Of a DNA stretch of 64,000 nucleotides, positions 57,373 to 64,000 are shown one piece after another. The translations under genes and the position numbers were made by a program. The number at the start of each line of letters is the position of its first letter. Within the stretch, counting starts at the first letter, position 1. This stretch comes from an uncultured Rhodobacteraceae bacterium (GTDB lineage Bacteria > Pseudomonadota > Alphaproteobacteria > Rhodobacterales > Rhodobacteraceae): positions 21,772 to 85,771 of the forward strand of contig CASIAN010000005.1 in NCBI GenBank assembly GCA_949372595.1, in the 5' to 3' direction. The notes beneath the pieces are model-generated. The model did no database searches. It saw only the letters and a list, made by a program, of their open reading frames with translations, and had not been told where the DNA came from.

Positions 57373-57591
57373 TGGGGTCTCCTGAGGTTCGGATCGTGAC
57401 ATGTGTTTAAAAGGTATGGGGCCTTAGGTTGATCTTAAATCGCAAATTACGGCCGATGATTTGTGTGCTTCATAGGCAAGGGTCTTTGAAAGTTTGAATA
57501 TAATCAGTTTGGATGGTGGGGCAGCGCCTCATGCAGGCCCCCGGTAATGTGGCATTACCAAGGTGGGGGCCAATGAGCTCTGCTTGCCACA

Positions 57592-58818
57592 TTATAAATC
57601 CATCAGCATGCGGCGGGGATCCTCCAGCGCTTCCTTGACCCGAACTAGAAAGGTCACGGCGCCCTTACCGTCAACAATGCGGTGATCATAGCTCAATGCG
57701 AGATACATCATCGGGCGGATCACAACTTGGCCGTTGATGGCCATAGGGCGGTCTTGAATCTTATGCATGCCCAGAATGCCCGATTGTGGCGGATTAAGGA
57801 TTGGGGACGACATCAGCGACCCATAGACCCCGCCGTTTGAAATGGTAAAGGTCCCCCCCTGCATTTCAGCCATGCTGAGTTTTCCATCACGGGCCCGCGC
57901 GCCCTTTTCAGCGATGGCTTTTTCGATCTGTGCAAACGACAGGCTGTCGGTGTCGCGGATCACCGGCACCACAAGACCGGTTGGTGTACCGGCCGCGATG
58001 CCCATGTGAACAAAGTTTTTATAGACAATGTCGGTACCGTCGATCTCGGCGTTGACCTCGGGGACTTCGCTCAGAGCATGCACGCAGGCCTTGGCAAAAA
58101 ATGACATAAAGCCCAATTTAACGCCATGTTTTTTCAAGAATAGCTCTTTGTATTCAGTGCGCAGCGCCATCACTTCGGTCATGTCGACCTCGTTGTAAGT
58201 GGTGAGCATGGCCGCATTGTTCTGGCTATCTTTCAGGCGGCGGGCGATGGTTTGGCGCAAGCGGGTCATTTTCACCCGCTCTTCACGCGCCGCGTCATCC
58301 ACTGATACCGGCGCCCGGGGTGGGGCTGTAGCGACGGGCGCTAGTGGTGCGAAGGTGTTTGCGGGCGCGGCAACAGCGCGGGCCACATCGTCTTTCATGA
58401 CCCGACCGCCCCGCCCGGTTCCGGTGACGGCGTCGCGGTTGAGATTAGCTTCTGCCATAGCTTTCTTAGCGGAAGGCGCATCTTCGATGTCTGTGCTGCT
58501 AGTGCCCGCAGGCGCTGGCGCCGGCGCCGGATCATGTGACGAAGACGTTGACGCCGTCGCTGCAGGGCTCGCAGTGGCGTCTCCTTCGCTTATATTAGCC
58601 AAAAGTGCGTCGACCCCGACAGTGTCGCCTTCTTGGGCTATGATGTCTTGCAGCGTGCCTGCCATGGGGCTGGGCACTTCTACGGTGACTTTATCGGTTT
58701 CCAATTCGCACAGCATTTCGTCGGCCGCCACAAGATCACCGGGTTTTTTGAACCAAGTTGCCACAGTGGCCTCGGTGACAGATTCGCCCAGAGTTGGAAC
58801 ACGTATTTCGATGATCAT
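57592..58818 (-). CDS. sucB: 2-oxoglutarate dehydrogenase E2, dihydrolipoyllysine-residue succinyltransferase
   Basis: Lipoyl domain (…[15 protein letters not shown]…), an Ala/Pro linker and the catalytic DHRIVDG motif. Confidence 0.95.
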   Translation of the reverse strand: MIIEIRVPTLGESVTEATVATWFKKPGDLVAADEMLCELETDKVTVEVPSPMAGTLQDIIAQEGDTVGVDALLANISEGDATASPAATASTSSSHDPAPAPAPAGTSSTDIEDAPSAKKAMAEANLNRDAVTGTGRGGRVMKDDVARAVAAPANTFAPLAPVATAPPRAPVSVDDAAREERVKMTRLRQTIARRLKDSQNNAAMLTTYNEVDMTEVMALRTEYKELFLKKHGVKLGFMSFFAKACVHALSEVPEVNAEIDGTDIVYKNFVHMGIAAGTPTGLVVPVIRDTDSLSFAQIEKAIAEKGARARDGKLSMAEMQGGTFTISNGGVYGSLMSSPILNPPQSGILGMHKIQDRPMAINGQVVIRPMMYLALSYDHRIVDGKGAVTFLVRVKEALEDPRRMLMDL

Positions 58819-58821
58819 GGA

Positions 58822-61788
58822 TTAGTTCCCTTCAATGGTCAGTGCTTGATTAATCAAGGCTTCTTGTTGTGTTTTGTGCTGTGAGGCCAATCCGGTGGCT
58901 GGCGAGGCGCTGGCGGAGCGGCCCGCAAAGACTGGCCGGCCATGGGTGGCTTTGATGCGGCCTAGAACCCATTCCAAATTAGGTTCCATAAAATTCCAGC
59001 TGCCTTGGTTTTTGGGCTCTTCCTGACACCAGACCATTTCGGCCTGCGTAAACCGCGTAAGCTCTTTGACGGCCGACAGTGCGGGAAACGGATAGAACTG
59101 TTCGAATCGCAGCAAATATACATCGGTGATGCCACGTTTGTCGCGTTCTTGCAGCAGGTCATAATACACTTTGCCCGAACACATCACGACGCGCTTGATC
59201 TTGTCGTCAGCGACCAATTCAGTGTCGGAATTTCCTTGATGTGCATCATCCCATAGGACGCGGTGGAAACTGGACCCGGTGGTGAATTCCTCTGTTTTCG
59301 AGACCGCCATTTTGTTGCGTAACAGCGATTTTGGTGTCATCAGTATCAGTGGTTTGCGATAGCTGCGGTGCAGCTGCCGACGCAGGATATGAAAATAGTT
59401 CGCAGGCGTCGAACAATTGGCGATGATCCAGTTGTCCTGGCCGCACATCTGTAAAAAACGCTCCAACCGGGCCGAGCTGTGTTCGGGGCCTTGGCCCTCA
59501 AACCCGTGCGGCAGTAAGACAACAAGCCCCGACATGCGCAACCATTTGCTTTCGCCAGAACTGATGAACTGATCGAACATGATCTGCGCGCCGTTGGCAA
59601 AATCGCCGAACTGCGCTTCCCACAGGGTCAGCGCATTGGGTTCGGCCAGTGAAAAGCCGTACTCAAAGCCTAAAACCGCATATTCTGACAGCATAGAATC
59701 GATGACTTCATATTGCGCCTGACCCTCGCGGATGTGGTTCAGCGGATAATAGCGTTCTTCTGTGTTTTGATCGATCAACCCTGAATGGCGTTGGCTGAAT
59801 GTGCCGCGGGTGCTGTCCTGACCGGACAGCCTTACCTTATAACCCTCGGTCAACAATGACCCAAAGGCAAGGGCCTCTGCGGTGGACCAATCAATGCCGC
59901 TGGCGTTATCAAACATGGTCTTTTTATTGGCCAACAAGCGGGACACGGTTTTGTGCAAGACATACCCGCTTGGGGCCGTGGTCAGCGCGCTGCCAATTTG
60001 ATCAAACGTTTCGGTGGCGATTGCGGTTTGGCCGCGTTGATAGTCTTCTTTGCGGCGATCGAGATGTGACCAACGGCCATCCAACCAGTCCGCCTTGTTG
60101 GGCTTATAGTCTTTTCCGGCCTCAAATTCTTCGCTCATTCTGGCCTGAAACATCGCTTTAAGATCTTCGATCTCGCCCTCGGGGATCAGACCGTCTTTGA
60201 CCAGACGTTCGGTATAGAGGCTGAGCGTGGTTTTATGGCGCTTGATTTTGGTGTACATCAGCGGATTGGTGAACATCGGCTCATCGCCTTCGTTATGGCC
60301 AAAGCGCCGGTAACAGATAATATCAAGCACCACATCTCGGTGGAATTTCTGACGGAATTCCGTGGCCACTTTGGCGGCGTGGACTACCGCCTCAGGGTCA
60401 TCCCCATTGACGTGAAAAATCGGCGCTTCAACCATCAGGGCGATGTCAGTGGGATAGGGGCTGGAGCGGCTGAAATGTGGTGCTGTGGTAAAACCAATCT
60501 GGTTGTTAACCACAATATGCATGGTGCCACCAGTTTTATGGCCAACCAGTCCTGACAGACCAAAACATTCCGCGACCACACCCTGCCCGGCAAATGCGGC
60601 ATCGCCGTGCAGCAAAATCGGTAAAACCTGAGAGCGGTCTTTATCGCCTAACTGTTCTTGTTTGGCCCGGACCTTGCCCAGTACCACCGGATTAACCGCT
60701 TCGAGGTGGCTTGGGTTTGCGGTCAGCGACAAATGCACGGTATTGCCATCGAATTCACGGTCCGACGAGGCCCCGAGGTGGTATTTCACATCGCCCGAGC
60801 CGTCCACATCGTCAGGCTTGAAACTGCCGCCCTGAAATTCGTTGAAAATGGCCGGATAGGGTTTGCCCATCACATTGGCCAAAACACTGAGCCGCCCGCG
60901 GTGGGGCATGCCGATGACGATATCGCGCACACCCAGGGCACCACCGCGCTTGATGATCTGCTCCATCGCAGGGATCAAGCTCTCGCCACCATCCAAACCA
61001 AAGCGTTTGGTGCCCATGTATTTGACGTGCAAGAACTTCTCAAAGCCCTCGGCTTCGACCATTTTGTTCAGGATCGCTTTGCGGCCCTCGCGGGTGAACT
61101 GGATTTCCTTGCCATAGCCTTCGATCCGCTCTTTTAGCCAGCTTGATTGTTCAGGATCGGAAATGTGCATGTATTGCAGTGCGAATGTACCACAATAGGT
61201 GCGTTTGAGAATTTCCACAATCTGCCGCATTGAGGCGATTTCCAGCCCCAATACGTTATCGATGAATATCGGCCGGTCCAGATCTGCATCAGTAAAACCA
61301 TAGGTCTTTGGATCTAACTCTGGGCGGGCGGTTTCTTCGCGCAGTCCCAGCGGGTCAAGATCTGCGGCTAGATGGCCGCGAATACGGTGCGCCCGAATGA
61401 TCATCAGGGCCCGGATGCTGTCAAGCACGGCGCGCTGGATTGCACCGTTGGTGACTTCTATACCCTGCTCTTCGGCTTTCGCCACTATTTTAATGCCCAC
61501 CTGTTTGCTTTCTGCGGGCGGTGGGGCTGGCCATTGACCGTCAAGCGCGCAGGTCAACTCATCACTGGGGATGGGCGGCCAGTCGGCACGTGCCCAACTG
61601 GGGCCTGCAGCCTCTTTTTTCACATCAAGGTCGGCATCGCCCATCTGGCGGAAAAATTCTTGCCAAGCCGCATCTACTGCATTTGGGTCATTGGCGTATC
61701 GGGCATAGAGCTGTTCAAGATATTCCGCGTTATGGCCCTGCATAAAGCTTGAGGCGTGGAACAGGTCATTGGCGGATTGGTCGGTCAT
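58822..61788 (-). CDS. sucA: 2-oxoglutarate dehydrogenase E1 component
   Basis: 988 aa. MTDQSANDLFHASSFMQGHNAEYLEQLYARY… and ThDP-binding regions. Confidence 0.97.
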   Translation of the reverse strand: MTDQSANDLFHASSFMQGHNAEYLEQLYARYANDPNAVDAAWQEFFRQMGDADLDVKKEAAGPSWARADWPPIPSDELTCALDGQWPAPPPAESKQVGIKIVAKAEEQGIEVTNGAIQRAVLDSIRALMIIRAHRIRGHLAADLDPLGLREETARPELDPKTYGFTDADLDRPIFIDNVLGLEIASMRQIVEILKRTYCGTFALQYMHISDPEQSSWLKERIEGYGKEIQFTREGRKAILNKMVEAEGFEKFLHVKYMGTKRFGLDGGESLIPAMEQIIKRGGALGVRDIVIGMPHRGRLSVLANVMGKPYPAIFNEFQGGSFKPDDVDGSGDVKYHLGASSDREFDGNTVHLSLTANPSHLEAVNPVVLGKVRAKQEQLGDKDRSQVLPILLHGDAAFAGQGVVAECFGLSGLVGHKTGGTMHIVVNNQIGFTTAPHFSRSSPYPTDIALMVEAPIFHVNGDDPEAVVHAAKVATEFRQKFHRDVVLDIICYRRFGHNEGDEPMFTNPLMYTKIKRHKTTLSLYTERLVKDGLIPEGEIEDLKAMFQARMSEEFEAGKDYKPNKADWLDGRWSHLDRRKEDYQRGQTAIATETFDQIGSALTTAPSGYVLHKTVSRLLANKKTMFDNASGIDWSTAEALAFGSLLTEGYKVRLSGQDSTRGTFSQRHSGLIDQNTEERYYPLNHIREGQAQYEVIDSMLSEYAVLGFEYGFSLAEPNALTLWEAQFGDFANGAQIMFDQFISSGESKWLRMSGLVVLLPHGFEGQGPEHSSARLERFLQMCGQDNWIIANCSTPANYFHILRRQLHRSYRKPLILMTPKSLLRNKMAVSKTEEFTTGSSFHRVLWDDAHQGNSDTELVADDKIKRVVMCSGKVYYDLLQERDKRGITDVYLLRFEQFYPFPALSAVKELTRFTQAEMVWCQEEPKNQGSWNFMEPNLEWVLGRIKATHGRPVFAGRSASASPATGLASQHKTQQEALINQALTIEGN

Positions 61789-61853
61789 ATCTCTCTCCAG
61801 AAACGCTTAATTGGTTGACAAGCCGCGGGCTGGGATGCCCGCGGCGTATAGTG

Positions 61854-62735
61854 TTAGCCGATGGCTGCCATAACCGCTTCGCCCAGTTCGGCAGGGCTGT
61901 CGGCCACAATAATCCCAGCCGAGCGCATCGCCTCGATCTTATCCTCGGCTCCGCCTTTGCCGCCGGCAACTATGGCGCCGGCATGGCCCATGCGGCGCCC
62001 TGGAGGCGCTGTGCGACCTGCGATGAACCCTGCGGTGGGTTTCCAGCGGCCCTTTTTCTTTTCATCGGCCAAAAAGGCTGCAGCTTCTTCTTCGGCTGAG
62101 CCGCCGATTTCACCAATCATGATGATGGATTGGGTCTCTGGATCTGCAAGAAACATTTCAAGCACATCTATGTGTTCAGTACCCTTAATCGGATCGCCAC
62201 CAATGCCCACTGCCGAGGATTGGCCAAGGCCCAAGTCAGTGGTCTGTTTGACTGCTTCATAAGTGAGCGTGCCCGAGCGCGAGACAACCCCGCAAGAACC
62301 GCGTTTGTGGATGTGGCCGGGCATGATCCCTATTTTACACGCGCCGGGCGTAATCACTCCGGGGCAGTTTGGACCGATCAGGCGGCTTGAGGCGCCGTCA
62401 AGGGCGCGTTGCACCCGCATCATGTCCAGTACCGGAATGCCTTCAGTGATGCAGACAATCAGCTCCATTTTGGCGTCGATTGCCTCAAGGATACTATCGG
62501 CAGCAAAAGGTGGCGGGACATAGATCACCGAGGCATTGGCTCCGGTGCGATCCTTGGCTTCATGCACGGAATTGAAAACCGGAAGATCCAGATGGCTCTG
62601 GCCACCTTTGCCGGGGGTGACACCGCCGACCATTTGGGTGCCATAGGCAATTGCCTGTTCGGAATGAAACGTGCCTTGACTGCCGGTAAACCCCTGACAG
62701 ATGACTTTGGTATTTTCGTTGACGAGGACTGCCAT
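61854..62735 (-). CDS. sucD: Succinate-CoA ligase subunit alpha
   Basis: [24 protein letters not shown]…GHAGAI…. 293 aa. Confidence 0.97.
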   Translation of the reverse strand: MAVLVNENTKVICQGFTGSQGTFHSEQAIAYGTQMVGGVTPGKGGQSHLDLPVFNSVHEAKDRTGANASVIYVPPPFAADSILEAIDAKMELIVCITEGIPVLDMMRVQRALDGASSRLIGPNCPGVITPGACKIGIMPGHIHKRGSCGVVSRSGTLTYEAVKQTTDLGLGQSSAVGIGGDPIKGTEHIDVLEMFLADPETQSIIMIGEIGGSAEEEAAAFLADEKKKGRWKPTAGFIAGRTAPPGRRMGHAGAIVAGGKGGAEDKIEAMRSAGIIVADSPAELGEAVMAAIG

Positions 62736-62738
62736 GAT

Positions 62739-63932
62739 TTATCCTTTCACCGCTTTAACGATTTTTTCTGCGGCATCGCTTAGGTTTTCGGCTGCAATGA
62801 CATTTAGGCCAGAGGTATTTATAATCTCTTTGCCACGGTCGACGTTCGTGCCTTCGAGGCGCACCACCAGCGGCACTTTCAGGCCGACTTCGGTGACTGC
62901 GGCGATTACGCCTTCGGCGATCACGTCACAGCGCATGATACCGCCAAAAATATTGACCAAGATGCCTTTCACATTCGGGTCAGAGGTGATGATTTTGAAA
63001 GCTTCGGTGACTTTTTCCTTTGTCGCACCGCCGCCCACATCAAGAAAGTTCGCAGGCTCGGCCCCTTTGAGTTTGATGATATCCATCGTCGCCATTGCAA
63101 GACCGGCACCATTGACCATACAGCCAATTTCGCCATCTAATGCGATATAGTTCAGGTCGTGCTTGGAGGCGGCCAGTTCTTTGGCATCCTCCTCGGTTTC
63201 GTCGCGCAACTCGGCAATATCAGGGTGCCGATAGGTTGCATTACCATCAAAGCTCATCTTGGCGTCGAGACATTTCAGATCTCCGCCATCGGTAACGATC
63301 AGCGGATTAATTTCAAGCATTTCCATGTCTTTTTCGATGAACATTTTATGCAGCGTGGCCATCAAGGCGACGCACTGTTTAATTTGCTTGCCTTTGAGCC
63401 CCAGCATAAACGCAATCCGGCGACCGTGAAATCCTTGGTATCCGGTGGCGGGGTCAATAGAGAACGACAGGATCTTTTCGGGAGTGTCTGCTGCGACCTG
63501 CTCGATGTCCATCCCGCCTTCGGTTGAGCAGACAAACGAGACGCGTGATGTCTGGCGGTCAACCAACAGCGCCAGATATAATTCGGTTTCAATCCCTGAG
63601 CCATCTTCAATATAAACGCGGTTTACCTGCTTGCCGTTGGGGCCAGTTTGATGCGTTACCAGCGTGTGCCCAAGCATTTTTTTTGCTTCTTCGGCGGCCT
63701 CTGTGACAGAGCGCGCCATCCGAACACCGCCTTTTTCACCCGCCTTAGGCTCTTTAAAAGTGCCCTTTCCGCGTCCACCCGCGTGAATCTGTGCTTTGAC
63801 AACCCACAGGGGCCCATCTAATTCGCCAGCAGCTGTTTTGGCATCTTCTGATTTGAGAACGATACGCCCATCCGAAACAGGGGCGCCATAGCTTTGTAAA
63901 AGCTTCTTGGCTTGATATTCGTGGATGTTCAT
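62739..63932 (-). CDS. sucC: ADP-forming succinate-CoA ligase subunit beta
   Basis: [19 protein letters not shown]…. 397 aa, 3 nt upstream of sucD. Confidence 0.97.
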   Translation of the reverse strand: MNIHEYQAKKLLQSYGAPVSDGRIVLKSEDAKTAAGELDGPLWVVKAQIHAGGRGKGTFKEPKAGEKGGVRMARSVTEAAEEAKKMLGHTLVTHQTGPNGKQVNRVYIEDGSGIETELYLALLVDRQTSRVSFVCSTEGGMDIEQVAADTPEKILSFSIDPATGYQGFHGRRIAFMLGLKGKQIKQCVALMATLHKMFIEKDMEMLEINPLIVTDGGDLKCLDAKMSFDGNATYRHPDIAELRDETEEDAKELAASKHDLNYIALDGEIGCMVNGAGLAMATMDIIKLKGAEPANFLDVGGGATKEKVTEAFKIITSDPNVKGILVNIFGGIMRCDVIAEGVIAAVTEVGLKVPLVVRLEGTNVDRGKEIINTSGLNVIAAENLSDAAEKIVKAVKG

Positions 63933-64000
63933 GGAAATTATCCTAACTCTGAATGGTTGTCAGTGTCTAAGCATAACAATGCGCAGTGATTAAACGATTT

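Noticed and set aside
57430-57590. A 40-codon minus-strand ORF ([40 protein letters not shown]) in the sucB-lpdA spacer.
   Set aside because: It has no RBS, its start overlaps the sucB stop region, and the sequence is dominated by the stem-loop described in the findings. I recognise no family.

Overview
This window looks like a chromosomal, mostly core-metabolism segment of a marine Rhodobacterales-type alphaproteobacterium. That placement rests on protein-sequence resemblance only. GC is mid-50s % judged by eye, not computed. About 60 protein genes are supportable.

Gene content, in order:
- atpD (3' part) and atpC, then prs.
- A pyrB / pyrC-like / plsY operon, a family-4 uracil-DNA glycosylase and moaB.
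- A two-gene RND efflux module and a DsbD-N-like protein.
- tsaC/Sua5, and a long acyl-CoA dehydrogenase coupled to an MBL-fold hydrolase.
- A tightly coupled molybdenum-cofactor operon, fdhD-mobA-mobB-moeA, in which moeA carries an extra ~290 aa N-terminal domain.
- greA, ETF-ubiquinone oxidoreductase and ispB.
- phbB/phbA, an EAL-only protein, tag and rpsD.
- hisC-tyrC.
- A four-carbon acid-sugar (oxo-tetronate: otnK/otnC/otnI) cluster led by a bicupin.
- tlpA divergent from argH, then lysA and the alphaproteobacterial TIGR02302-type low-complexity membrane protein.
- ftsE-ftsX-plsC.
- lpdA-sucB-sucA-sucD-sucC on the minus strand.

I found no rRNA, tRNA, CRISPR array, transposase or integrase.

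The only clearly atypical DNA is a ~1.2 kb AT-rich, essentially gene-free island at 23675-24848. It contains what I consider the best novelty candidate: a terminator-bounded small RNA with two CUCCC (anti-Shine-Dalgarno) hairpin loops.

Other points worth a second look:
- the N-terminal-domain::MoeA fusion;
- a 14-TM RND pump whose adaptor has an extra tail and which has no outer-membrane partner;
- an oxo-tetronate cluster that lacks its dehydrogenase but has a bicupin;
- a dihydroorotase-like protein lacking the HxH metal ligands;
- three unlisted small ORFs (cytochrome oxidase subunit IV, an LptM-like micro-lipoprotein, DUF465);
- an isochorismatase-family pseudogene;
- several candidate operators and leaders.

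Many long ORFs in the supplied track are antisense or out-of-frame artefacts of the GC-rich coding sequence. Several true genes also start downstream of the track's first start codon, because the track allows TTG/GTG starts.
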